From the NCBI GenBank assembly GCA_044892505.1, contig CM097882.1, positions 121,272,001-121,336,000 of the forward strand: a stretch of 64,000 nucleotides of DNA, in the 5' to 3' direction. Source of the stretch: Schmidtea nova (Eukaryota). Below are positions 12,770 through 26,000 of the stretch, piece by piece. Each line of letters opens with the position of its first letter. Position 1 is the stretch's first letter. The notes under the pieces were generated by a model. It was not told the origin of the DNA and did not search any database. It was given only the letters and a program-made list of their open reading frames with translations. Position numbers and translations under genes: made by a program.

Positions 12770-14960
12770 AGTTTATTTTTAAAAATTTATGTCATTAATC
12801 GATATTTTTTAACTTAGTATACAAAAATTGTAACAACTCTTGTTTAATAACTATTTTTATTCTAAATAAATTTAATATTTACATGTGTTTTATTTACTAA
12901 ATTTATTTGTTGTTATTTGATCATTTCCTTAAAAAACATCATATTGAAAAACAATTAGATTTATATTTATTAGTTAAAAATTTTACTTGTGAAAAATATT
13001 TACTTTGTATCTATTAATTAAAAAATTTTACATTGATTTTATTGTTAAAAAATTCTACATTGACTTTATTGTTAAAACTTTTTACTTTAAAAAATTTTAA
13101 AAATAATTAATTATTCTCACATTTTTTCAAATATTACCTTAAAAAGTTCATTTGAAACCAATTCATTTTAAAATTATGACATTAAAACACACGTATTTCT
13201 TAATTTACTTTTTTTTATTCTTAATTTACTTATAATTCTATTTATCATTAAATTCATAATTATTTTTAAAATTCTATCTTTAATTTATTTACTTTACCAT
13301 TTTTCATAAATCCAGTACAAATTATTTTAAAATTCTAACTTTAATTTACTTATTATTTCCATGCTTTTATTTAATGTACTATTTTACTTGATAAATTCAA
13401 TACAAAATAATGAGTGAATTATTTACTGAGTTTTGAAATTCGTATAGTAATTATTTACTTTTTTATTTAATTATCATAAATTTATTTAGATTTAATTATT
13501 TAGTTAAAAAAAAATTTTTTTTTAAATATTTCCACGTTTTTAAGTATTTTACCTATTTTTACTGAGACTGACATTTCCCGTATAAAATTTTGATTTTTTC
13601 ATGATTTTAATTTTTTAACCTTTATTGTTCGCCTTTCAATTCTCAGTAGATTGGTATAAAAATTATTGAATTCTGTCCACTTTTTAATTTTTTTATTTAT
13701 GACCCTTTTTACGTGTAAAAATTGGTCGGATAAGTCAAAATTTTCATGTTTTTACTTTTTGACCCTTTTTTGTTTGCCATTCGATTCTCAATAGATTGGT
13801 ATAAAAATTATTTGATTCTGAGCCTTTTTGATTTTTTGGAATTTCCCCGAGTCGACCATTTTTACGTCAAAAATTGGGTCGGATAAGTCAAAATTTTCAG
13901 GTTTTACTTTTTGACCCTTTTTTGTTTGCCTTTCAATTCTCAGTAGGTTTGTATAAAAATTTTTGAATTCTGAGCATTTTTGATTTTTGGAAATTCTCCG
14001 AGTTGACCCTTTTTACATGTAAAAATTGGTCGGGTGAGATCAATTTTTCATGTTTTTTAATTTTTGACCATTTTTGTTTGCCTTTCAATTCTCAGTAGAT
14101 TGATATAAAAATTATTGAATTCTGACCACTTTTTAATTTTTTGATTTTCACCGACCAAAATATTATTTTCAAAAATACCAGACTAAAAATCCTATACAAA
14201 AATACGAGACCAAAAATCATATTTCAAAATTACCAGAGTCTCTTTTTGCCCGAGAAAATTGTTGGAATTGAAAATCCTATTCAAAATAATTTCAATGTAT
14301 TTTACTAGTTTCAAAAATATGCACGTGTTTTTTATTTACCATTAAAATATATATTTCAGTTCAAAATTACCAGAGTCTATTTTTGCCCTAGAAAATATCT
14401 GGGAGTAGAAAATCCTATACAAAATACTTTAAAGATAATTTACTTGTTTAAAAAATTTTCACGTGTTTTTTATTTACCATTAAAATTTCAGTTAAAAATT
14501 ACCAGAGTCTATTTTTGCCCTAGAAAAATATGGGAGTTGAAAATCCTATTCAAAATAATTTCAATGTATTTTACTAGTTTTAAAATTTATACGTGTTTTT
14601 TATTTACCATTAAAATTTCAGTTCAAAATACCAGAGTCCCTTTTTGCCTGAGAAAAATCTGAGAGTTGAAAATCCTATTCAAAATAACCAGACCAAAATC
14701 CTATACAAAAATGCCAGACCAAAAATTCATGTATAAAAATTTCCTGTAGAGTCCCTTTTTGCCCGAGAAAATCTCGGAGTTGAAAATCCTATACAAAATA
14801 ATAGGACTAAAAATCCTATACAAAAATACCAGACCAAAATATTGTATTCAAAAATCCAGATCAAAAAACCCAGAGTCCCTTTTTGCCCTAGAAAATCTCG
14901 GAGTAGAAAATCCTATACAAAATAACCAGAGTAAAAATCATTTACAAAATAACCAGATCA
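12770..14960 (-). repeat. Right arm of the ~2.2-kb internal inverted repeat
   Basis: Reverse complement of 7330-9505; mirror coordinates sum to ~22280. Confidence 0.9.
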
Positions 14961-15468
14961 NNNNNNNNNNNNNNNNNNNNNNNNNNNNNNNNNNNNNNNN
15001 NNNNNNNNNNNNNNNNNNNNNNNNNNNNNNNNNNNNNNNNNNNNNNNNNNNNNNNNNNNNNNNNNNNNNNNNNNNNNNNNNNNNNNNNNNNNNNNNNNNN
15101 NNNNNNNNNNNNNNTAAATTAATATAAAGATAAATTAATAAAATAATTAAAATAAATTAANNNNNNNNNNNNNNNNNNNNNNNNNNNNNNNNNNNNNNNN
15201 NNNNNNNNNNNNNNNNNNNNNNNNNNNNNNNNNNNNNNNNNNNNNNNNNNNNNNNNNNNNNNNNNNNNNNNNNNNNNNNNNNNNNNNNNNNNNNNNNNNN
15301 NNNNNNNTAAAAAGACTTTATTTAAACAAAATAAAAAATAAATTCACTTCATTTAAACAAAAATTTTAATAAAAAAACAAGAACAGGGGGGTTAAAAAAA
15401 TTTAGGGGAGGTAAAAAATTTTTTTAGGGGGGTCTGTTCGTGTTTCTGGGCGCTCCCCCTACTCTACT

Positions 15469-15606
15469 CATGACAGCAGGTAAAATTTCCTTTTTTCCAT
15501 TGAACTTGTGAAGCTTGTAAATTAATTCAAACTTATCGAACCATTCATCGATTTTCATATTTTCACCGTCAAAACATTTTATTGCACTTAATATATCTTT
15601 TATCAT
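15469..15606 (-). pseudogene. 5' half of the gag-like relic split by the Polinton-like element
   Basis: MIKDILSAIKCFDGENMKIDEWFDKFE...LPAVM continues in frame at 4129 after removing the insertion and one TSD. Confidence 0.65.
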
Positions 15607-17379
15607 GCCCGAATAGCTTGTGTGATAATAAGATAATTCAAATATTTATTCATTCAATAAATCTACTTATTTAAACAACTTTCTTTGCTTTTAAAAATTA
15701 TTATTTTAAATTAATTATTCTTAATACATCTCCCCGAGATTCTGACAAATCTTCATTCCTGTGTGCCAATATAGGTAATAAATTTTTATGCAAATTATTC
15801 TAGATGTATTTTATGGTGTAGACAATGTTATTGACTGAAACGATTAATTTGATTGCAAACGTGGATGCATGGATCAATTCTTATTTTTAGAAGAGGTTTT
15901 TATGAAAAAATATACATAATAAGATTCCAGAGTTTTTATATGAAGATGAATTTTACAAAATAACCATTATAAAATTAAATTTACAATTTCTATATCAATT
16001 TCTGTAGGTTTTGGAATTTAAGCTAACTTAAGGTGTAAACAATTTTTTAGAAATGTAATTTCATGATAACGGAATTTTATATTTTATTTAGAAATTTCAA
16101 ATAAAATTGATTCCTATTTAAATTAAAAATTTTCGGGTAGGTTATATTTCAAAATTTTGCAAATATTCTGCATGTAAAATAAGAGATATCTAAATTTAAG
16201 ATAACCCTTAGTAGCCTGATTTACGAAAGTGATTTTTTTTTAATATTATTGTGTTTGCTTGAGGGCACATATGTCATAGATAAAATAAAACAATAATGAC
16301 ATTTATTTTTTTTTTAATTTCGTTGGAAAGAATATTATACAACAGTAAAATACGAACAGCCAATCTATAAAAAAACTAATAGTAATGTGAACATTAGGTT
16401 TAAAAGATTGGTATCAAAATTGAAACTCTAGGTTATTAAGGGTTAAGAATCTGGTTTTTTAATAAATAGTTTTTCAAATTAAATTTTACTCTAACTACAT
16501 TTTATGTGAAAAATAAAACGAAGAATTATTTTTTCTTTATTCTTTTGAATCGTTTTTATATAAGATAAATTATAACTAAGTTTTAGGTTAATTAAATAAG
16601 TCTGGTTTTACACAGGTCATTTTCCCAATTTAACAGAATCAAAATAAATTTTATATCGACTGAACATAGGTATTGTTTTCTATTCTCAGGTTAAATTGAT
16701 AGAAAATAATTATGATTTTTATTAAGTAAGCGATTCCGATTTACGAGCTGGGTTCGCGATACGACGAGAGTGACTTAGAGATTAATTTCTTATTAAGGCG
16801 AAGTTGAGTTTTTATACGAACTATGGCGATTTATATACGGGCAGTTTATTTTCCGATAGCTGCTGATTGACTATAGTTTTAAGTAAGTGTGAGAGTCAAC
16901 TAGATCTATAGAAATACAAATAATTACTATACTATAACAAAGATATTAGAATTTTCATCCTTTGAAACTTGACAATTAATTTGTGAGTTACTAAATGATT
17001 CCATAAAATTTATTTCTACAAAATTATTAAAAACTTAAACTGGTTTTAATTTGTTATGCTATTCAAACAAATTTATAATCTTCATTTTTTATTTAAACTT
17101 TTTCAATTTAAACTTTTAAATTTAAAATCTTTTCTAAATTTTCAATTTCACATTTTCAATATTTTGTAACGAATAACTTAAAAAATTTTTAGAATCTCCC
17201 AGCTTCTTTAGAAATTTTTAAAGTTTTTCCACGTTTCTTTCGATTTTTTACCATTCTCGTTTTTCAAGATTTCGTCTGTCATGCACTTGCTCGATCACTT
17301 TGTGTGTCCCCTCATATCTATCCTGGTTTTTATTGCGTGTTTCTAATTTTACTAACACGTCTTCCCCAACATTGAATTT

Positions 17380-17880
17380 CCTCCTTGTTTGTTCTTCGAG
17401 TTCTTTTTTTACTTGTTTCTCTTTGGACTCTTACCATTTTTCCTTGCTAATCTTTTTTTTCCAAAAACTATCTATGTCTGGCTTTTTCCTGTCGATTTTT
17501 GTTTGGTTGCATTTATTGTGAATTCGACTTCTGGGAGAATCTCTGTCCAATCAGTCTTCTTTCTGTCATGTAAAGTAACATTTATCAGTTCTCGAATTGT
17601 CCTGAATTGTCTTTCTATCTGTCAATTTGTTTGGTGATGGTATGAACTCGAAAAACATTACTTAATATTTAGATTCCTTGTGAATTCTATCAAGATTCCT
17701 GATTCAAACGCCTTCCCGCAATTAACTCTTATCTCCTTTGGGCAATCAAATCTTAAAATCGATTTTTCGAGAATCGTTTTCTTTATCATTTCTTCGTCTT
17801 GTCTTGTTATGGCTGTCAAGACTTGATGCTTACTAAACTAGTCTTTTATGCCCAATAAATATTTTTTATATCCAATCAAC
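17380..17880 (-). pseudogene. Decayed gypsy integrase fragment
   Basis: The minus strand reads, with stops, ...SSYHHQTN*QIERQFRTIRELINVTLHDRKKTDWTEILPEVEFTINAT..., closely resembling the integrase at 57350-57800. Confidence 0.7.
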
Positions 17881-18074
17881 TCTTCTGTTAGTATATGGCT
17901 CCAACCAACTCTTCTACTGGGGAAGCCCAGTTGTTTGGGAACGGCTTACTAAATTTATCTTCATTTTTCTTTACACACGATTCCCTTTCCTCTTCTTCCT
18001 CGATTCCATTAATCCGACTGTATTTGTTTCCTGTCGGTCATTGGTTCTCTATCGATTTCTTGTAACCCAATTAA

Positions 18075-19237
18075 ATGGCATCGAACCAACCAAACCCAAA
18101 CACTTCACAAACACCCATGGACAACGAAAATGCACAATCCCAACACCAAAACAACAATTATTATTACAACCCCGAAAACACACACACCATAAATTCGGTA
18201 ATTAACCCGAAACCCAACCTACCAAACTACTTCACTGACGAAAATGGCACTCCACAAAAATGGCTGGAATTTGCCAAATTAACACTAACAGTTTCAGGTA
18301 TAAAATCCACAAAACCGTATGCTCCAATATTATAGCCGCATTCCCAAGCAACAAACTAAATGAAATAGCGGATCAGATCGAAGAAATTTTTAAGGATGAC
18401 GACCCCTTTAACAAACTGTGTAACATCCTTACGTACAAAAATAAAATAAACAGGAGACAAATGCTAGAGTCATGCCTCAATAACACGCAACTAGGCGACA
18501 ACAAACCAACAGATTTTCTCCGACAACTCAAGCAAAAACTGGAATACCTCAAACCCAACATCACAAATTCAGGCTCCAACGAATTGGTGAAAGAATTTTT
18601 CATGCGAGCAATGCCACCAGAAATCAGGAGGATTCTGGCTGCCAGCAACAACGTTGATGTTGAAACGCTTGCCGATATAGCGAATAAAATCAACGAGGAA
18701 ATTTATCCGACTATATGCAGCACCCAAATCCACAACAAAAACAAAACTAACTACAATAACCCTTCATACAACAAAAATAACTAACAAAACGAAAACATGA
18801 ACAACCTACTAAACACTCTTATCGGCAAATTCGACGAAATAATTGTCGAAAACAAACAAATTAAAACAGAACTAGCCGAAATAAAAGAACGCTGTAATAA
18901 ACAGAACTTTAACTCAACGCAATCATACGATAATTACAACAGATACAACCACAGCAGAGACCAAACATCCAACGGTCAAAACAGACAATGCTACAATCAA
19001 CCCCCAGAATACAACAGACAAAACTACAGCCGCAGTCTATCACCAAACAACAATTACAGAAATCGGTCAAACTCCCCAAATCGAGGCAGCAATTACAGTA
19101 CCAAAAGTCCTGAAAGAGACCCAAGGAATAATTATATAAACAAAAGCCTCTGCTATTTCCACAACAAATTCGGTGAAAAGGCATTTAAATGCACACAACC
19201 CTGCGATTTCAATAAAACAGAGCAGGGAAACCAATAA
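18075..19237 (+). pseudogene. gag: gypsy gag, broken into three ORFs
   Basis: ORFs 18075-18335, 18260-18784 and 18797-19237; ELVKEFFMRAMPPEIRRIL motif and a C-terminal zinc-knuckle-like motif. Confidence 0.8.
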
Positions 19238-19245
19238 GGTCACAA

Positions 19246-21997
19246 ATGATAGCACCCACATCAGGTGACAAAAATAACACATTTTGGGTGCACAGCAATA
19301 ACATAGACTTTTTAATAGATACCGGCTCGGTGATCTCACTACTGCCCCATTTTATGTATAAAAGTGCCAACAAAACAGAAAAACCATTAACAGCAGCTAA
19401 CGGCACAAACATAAAAACTTTCGGGCAACAAAAAATAAATTTAAACATAAATAAAAAGAACTACAACTGGACATTCACCATAGCTGAGGTCCAACAAGCA
19501 ATAATAGGAGCAGATTTCCTAACAAATTACAACCTCCTAGTGGATTGTAAAAACAAACAAATAATAGAAAATATTACTTATACTACAATACCACAGTACA
19601 ACACAAGCAACGGAGGAAAACCAAAAATAGACATCGGTGTTATCCAAACGGGTTCACCTAACAATAAACAAAAACAAAAATTAATTATAAAATAAACTAC
19701 TGAGAAAATTCGAAAAACTAACCGAACTAGTAACCTTCGACAAAAACGCGGATCATTGCACCGAACATGCAATCATAACAAACGGAAACCCAGTTCATGC
19801 AAAGCTGAGACAACTAGATCCACAAAAAACAAAAATTACGAACGAAATTTTCAAGGAGTTACTAGAAAACAAAATAGTAACTCACTCGAACTCTAATTGG
19901 TCCTCAGCACTCATGCTCAAACAAAAGGCAAACGGGGAATGGAGAGCTTGTGGCGACTACCGAATGCTCAACAAAATCACGGAACCAGACAACTACCCGT
20001 TGCCTATCATCAGAGACATAATAAACAGATTAAAAGGAGCAAAACTCTTCTCGAAAATAGATTTACAGAAGGCTTACCACCATATACCTATCAGGAACGA
20101 AGACATTAAAAAACAGCAATCCTAACACCAATCGGCATGTTCGAGTACAACAGAATGCCATTTGGTTTGCGAAACGCAGCTGCAACATTTCAACGATTTA
20201 TGGACAAGACTTTGAAAAATAACCAGAACACAATAGCTTATTTGGACGACATCCTCATAGCAAGTCCAAGCAAAACAATTCATTTTAAAGACATTGAAAA
20301 GGTGTTTGAAACGCTGGACTCAGCAAACCTCAAAATAAACATTCAAAAATGCGAATTCTTGAAAAAAGAAATAAATTTTCTGGGACACACACTGGACGAA
20401 AAAGGCACGAAGCCAATAGACAAGAAAATAAGCACGATACAAGAGTTCAAATTACCGAACACAAACAGAGAGTTAAGACGATTTTAGGGAATGGTAAACT
20501 TTTACCATGCGTACATCCCTAACTGCAGTGAATTGTTAGCTCCACTAAACGACCTGATCAAAACAAGAAGAAATATTAAAATAAACTGGACCGAACAAAC
20601 AACTAAACAGTTTGAAAAAGCAAAAACAAGCCTATCTCAAGCAACATTACTCGGATATCCAAATCCAGAACTAGACTACAACCTAGCAACAGACTGCTCC
20701 GGATATGCAATGGGCGCAACCTTATACCAAGATAACGAACACGGCAAACAGCCAATCGGGTTTTTCTCAAAAAAACTAAAAACACATCAAACACGGTCAA
20801 ACTTTGGTAAGATGTCAGCAATGAAAACACACCAAGAATACTCTTACCAAAAGAGTTTAGGAAATTGTGTATTTCGAAAATACATGACATCAGCCATCCA
20901 GGAAACAAAGCCACCTTCGAAATAATCCACAACAGATACATATGGCCAAATATGAGAAAGAAAATCAAAAGTTTCGTAAAAACATGCAAAAAGTGCCAAA
21001 TCAACAAAATATCAAAGAAACAACAACACAAAAAGTAAACTTTCCAAGCAGCCAACCTTTCGAGATGATTCACATTGACATAGTAGGACCGTTACCACCA
21101 AACAACGGGTACAACTACCTACTCACAATCATCGACAGAAAAACAAACTGGTTCGAAATTGTCCCACTAAAAGAAATATCCGCTCAGAACATATGTAAAA
21201 AGATTGAGCTAAATTGGATAGCTCGCTACGGTCAACCAAAAGTATTGATAACAGACCAAGGGAGACAGTTCGAATCAGAATTATTCAGTACTCTGTGCAA
21301 TAAATACAACATAAAAAGAAACCGCGCAACCGCTTACAACCCTCAAGCAAACGGAAAAATCGAGAGATTGCACAGAACACTAAAGGAAAGTATCAGAACT
21401 AAAGCAGACGACAGGAATTGGCTAAGTCAACTCCCGACAATCTTACTGGGACTAAGAAACACACCAAACTCAATCGAAAATGAAAGCCCAGCATACAAAG
21501 TATTCGGCAGACAATCAAATCTCCCAACAATTAAAAACAATACAGGAAAAAACGCAGAAACCAACAAACAAACAACCAACACAAACAACGAAAGAGTAGA
21601 AAAGAAATTAAAAGGAATCCTAAAAAAGAGAGCGAACTCTGAAATGGACGGAAAAGTAGTTCTAACGACAGACTACGTATTAATCAAAAAGCCCTTCACC
21701 AAAGGTTTCGAACCAAAATATGAAGGCCCATTCAGATTGCTAGAAATTAATAAAAATGTTGCAACAATAATAAAAGACAACATCAAAATAAGAATCAATC
21801 TAAGACGGATAAAACCGTATCACAATAATCAAAACACTTCAAACGACCCCACAAAAGAAAAAGCCTCGACACAAACAAAAACACAAACAAAACATAAACA
21901 CATCACATTCAACTACAAAAATTCAATAAAATTATTCGACAAGGACTCAATAATCACACCTCTATACAAAAAACGCTACAGCGATTGCCTCAAGTAA
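19246..21997 (+). pseudogene. pol: gypsy pol (PR-RT-partial RH-IN) with frameshifts and an RH/IN deletion
   Basis: Domain motifs appear in gypsy order in ORFs 19246-19695, 19913-20125, 20137-20487, 20491-20925 and 20942-21997. Confidence 0.9.
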
Positions 21998-23021
21998 AAA
22001 AAGAGCACAAATATACATAAGCAAAACACAGGCACAACATAGTTATTTGTACAGATTTATTTTATTTTTCTTTCTAAATACGTAATTTTAGGTGTTAAAT
22101 TGTAAACAAAACAAAACAAAACATAAAAACAAAACAAAAAAAAGGTTTCAAGTTATTGTTAAAAAATATAAATTTGGGGTGAACTGTAAATTTTTATTGT
22201 TTATGCTTTTGTTAACCTCCGGTTTTAAAGGGGGAAGTTGTGTTGTGTATAGGAATATGGGGAATTTTTCTTTATTATTTGTATTGTGTATGGTACTGTG
22301 CATACCGGAACCCCCCATTTTTATTATTTAGGCGCTTTATGTTAGGGAATTATTATTTGTTGAAATTATAATTTAATTATTTAAATTTGATTTTTAAATT
22401 TGGCTTGCTATAGCAAAAGCTATAGTAAGCCAAATTGACAAATAAAGATTATGGATTAAAAAAATTTTGAATAATTAAATTATAAAACAATGAATTACAG
22501 AACAATTTCAAAAGAATAAGAAATTACAGTATAGCAATAACGATAGCAATTCCGGCTAGACAAATAAAAATCAATACTGAGAGAAGGTTATTACCTATAA
22601 ATACAAAGAAATTACTGCAGAAAAAGAGAAAAAGAAAATAAGAAAATATAAATTGAAATTGAAAATATATTATTACAACCTTGGAATTAAATTTTTTTTA
22701 CATTAACGAAAACGAACAATTACAAATCATTAAGAAAGCCACCTACCTAATTAGTTATTGAGAAACCTATTATAAAGTAACTTTTCTTGGTTCTGTGTTT
22801 ATTTTAAAAAATATTATATTTTTTATACCACTGTATAATTAATAAATTTATTATAATAGTTTGTGTGTTCGTTGGTTCACAGATACATTACATTTACAGG
22901 CACCCCAATTGTCCCCACAATAATTTTTGGGAGACTCTTTTGGGCACTTACAAATCTCTAAACATTCAACTAGGCTAAGTCAAAACAGCTAACCCAAATA
23001 ACCAATAGTACTCATAACAGT

Positions 23022-23078
<57 letters not shown>
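23022..23078. repeat. (TA)n microsatellite
   Basis: Direct reading. Confidence 0.97.
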
Positions 23079-23081
<3 letters not shown>

Positions 23082-26000
23082 CTTCTGTATATTATTTTCG
23101 TTGATGCATTTAAACAAATTGTTCTAGAATGAATTTTCGATTCTTTCAAACTTAAATTTAATAATTTTAAGAAATATTAGATTATTATTTTGTAAAAAAA
23201 TTTATAAAACATTTTAAAAGATTTAGTTTTAATCTAAAATTTCATTTTTTAAATCAAAGTTTTTCTAATTTAGTTTAATTTGCTGAATTTTTATCTAAGG
23301 CAATTTCATTTTATATTTATACGTTTTTAAGGATTAAATCGAAAATTTCATTCTGAAAATATATAGATTTATCCTAATTTGTAATTCTATTATGTAATTG
23401 ATGTTTTTATGTTATATATGTGTTTTCAAAGTATATACTTGATGCGCTTTTGTTCATTTTAATTGTTAAACGTGTTTTATTTAATTTTTCAGGTGTTTTG
23501 TGGTTACTTTGATTTACTTAGAGTTTCTCATGATGGAATTTTAAGTTTTCTTCTTGTGCGCTCTCCACATACTATATTACCGCTTTATTTAAACAAATTT
23601 CAGTTTTCGACCAACAATAGTTTGAGAGAATACACTCTACACTCTCGAACTCACATTGATGTACCTACAACGCAACATGCTGAAATTACTCACAGCGAGT
23701 TAGCGACTTGTAAAGTCAATAATTAAAACAAAAACAAAAAAATAATTTTATTTCATCGCGTGAAATGAGTTTGCTCTTTCATTGAGAATCAATTGATCAT
23801 CGAAAAACTTTATCGAACATCATTTAATACCATAGCATAAATAACATGAACAGCTGGGATATGGTCCGGTGCTGAATACAACAGAATGATGAACAAAACA
23901 ATTTAACTGATATACCTTGTAACTTTCAGAATAATATCGACTCTCTAATAAAATTTGAAGCAATGCGCCGCCTCTGAATTGTTCGTTACAACTGGTGAGA
24001 GTTGTTTTTATTCTTGATACTATTGTTGGTATATGGGTTGTTAAAAATTGTTGTTTCTAAGGATTGCGGTAACCCACACAACATGGTAATCTATCTTCTT
24101 AATGTACACAGTGGTGCGAGACTTTAATGAGTAGGTGAGCCTCATTGCCAAAACTACTCTTCATTGCATTCTCACTTTCTGGTTCCTATTATCAATAGAA
24201 GGTCTTACGCGCATAATTACTTTATACTTTAAAAGTCCTCTTGAACTCAACAACTCCTAAATTCCTATACCGTCGTTTTATGACATCTAACATTCACCAA
24301 AATTATTCTAAATAACCCACCGTCTATTCCCCCTGATTCACCGTCCAATTATAACCCCTAATTCCCTTTTACTCTAACCATTATATATATTTTAATATTA
24401 AGATGGATGGAAGACTTGACCCGATTATTCATTTCAAGAATCTCCACTGATAGGGTTAGGGTGGCTGGTGAGCCGAATGAGCTCCTCCTAAATCAGTTTT
24501 ATTGGGGATTCATCTGAGGCAGATCAATAAACGATTTTACCTCAAATATTTATTATCAAATTCCAAACATTAACAATTACCTTTACACAATGCATGAAAA
24601 CTTAAAACCTAAACATACTTAATGATTTCGTAATCATTTGTTCCAAAACAATGATTAATAATGATACTAATGTGGGCTGGCAAGCGAGAAAACAATTGAA
24701 AAATCACTGTCCATAAGCAAAAACTAAGTTTAGTAATGATTTGTCGGTATCTATTTATACTATTTTTTGCGTGACACTTACGCATTCTATTCATTAAATA
24801 AGAATATTTATAATTTAATTTATATATTTATTTTAAATGCAAATCATTTAATTTACTAAATGAATTATTTATTTGTTTTTAAATAAATTTAGTTTTATAA
24901 TTTATTTTCTAAATATTTATTTTTAATTCTACTAAATTATGTATGTGTCCAATTTATGGCTTCATTTTGCCCGCGGTAATTTTTTAAATAGTTAAATTTT
25001 ACTATTTCTGTCCCTATCTCTATTATCTTAACGATATTTTAATGGAGATTTCTTCGATAATTTTTAGTAAATTATTCTCTTTATTTTAATACCAAATTTA
25101 TTCTTCGATCATGATTTTACTAGCAAAGATTTTCCACATTCGATTCTCGTACGGTTTTTCGTATGTAAAATTGACCTGCACTCAAATTGTGTGCTCTTTT
25201 GAGATGCCTTTTTTGTTTTATCCCTACCTCAACCGACTTATGAAATGAGGTTTATATACCTCCTATTTGTGTGGTAGTGTTCTTTATTTTTTGTGCTATT
25301 TCTCTGCTTGATGCTTTTATGTATTATCGTGGGTTTTAAATTCTCCTCTTTTTGTGTGTATTTATTTTACAACGCATTAGAATAAAATTTCAACTTCACT
25401 ACCAGCCCAACGCAATGCTAAATTTTTGGAAAGAATATTTAATTCTTCTTAGCGAAAATTTCTCCTAATACTCAAAAAGAGTTTTAAAAATAATGAATAT
25501 AGCATCTCTATTTATATCATTTTCACAGCATTTAGTTAAATTGATGCAGTGAAACGAAAGCTTTTAGAAGTTTCTTTCTAATTAATTTAATTTATTTCAA
25601 AAAGAAATATTATATTTTTACTAAAAAAAGTTTATATTTACATAAAATTTTAATCATTACGTCAATAATTTTTATTTTATCAAAATTTTATAATTTAAAT
25701 AAATTTTCATTTTAATTTTTACAATTTATTTAAATTTTTCATATTTAAAAGCTATAAAAATTAAAATAAGTAATTAATAAATTCTTCGAATTAATAAATT
25801 CTTCCATTTACCTATTTCTTTAATGAATCTTTTGTTAATTTTTTGTGTTTATGTTTTTCGAGGTTACTTCTTGCTTTTGTTCAATTTAAATTTTAGTTTT
25901 GTTTAAATTAATTTTTCCCTGTGATTCTAATTATTGTTGTTTATTTGGTGTTTGCTCAGATATTTAAGTATAATTATTACGCGGTCCCTAAATGTATTTC

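Larger units (their letters stand above)
4136..15468. mobile_element. Non-autonomous Polinton/Maverick-like element (11.3 kb)
   Basis: Both termini read AGTAGAGTAGGGGGAGCGCCCAGAAAC in inverted orientation, with imperfect TIR similarity over about 160 bp (4136-~4310 vs 15308-15468). There is a 6-bp TSD CATGAC (4130-4135, 15469-15474). AG..CT termini with a 6-bp TSD are Polinton hallmarks. No intact pPolB, integrase or capsid ORF is present. Confidence 0.8.
18075..22237 (+). mobile_element. Decayed Ty3/gypsy LTR retrotransposon (gag-PR-RT-RH-IN), frameshifted
   Basis: Gag with a CYFHNKFGEKAFKC knuckle, protease FLIDTGS, RT (WRACGDYRMLN, SKIDLQKAYH, YLDDILIAS), RNase H LATDCSGYAMGA, integrase HHCC and IHIDIVGPLP...QANGKIERLH. 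PPT-like AAAGGGGGAAG at 22227-22237. No 5' LTR recognised. Confidence 0.93.

Noticed and set aside
18373-21073. Minus-strand ORFs overlapping the gypsy element (similar antisense ORFs overlap the PLE and the 1572-aa ORF)
   Set aside because: They are antisense shadows of real coding frames with no motifs of their own.
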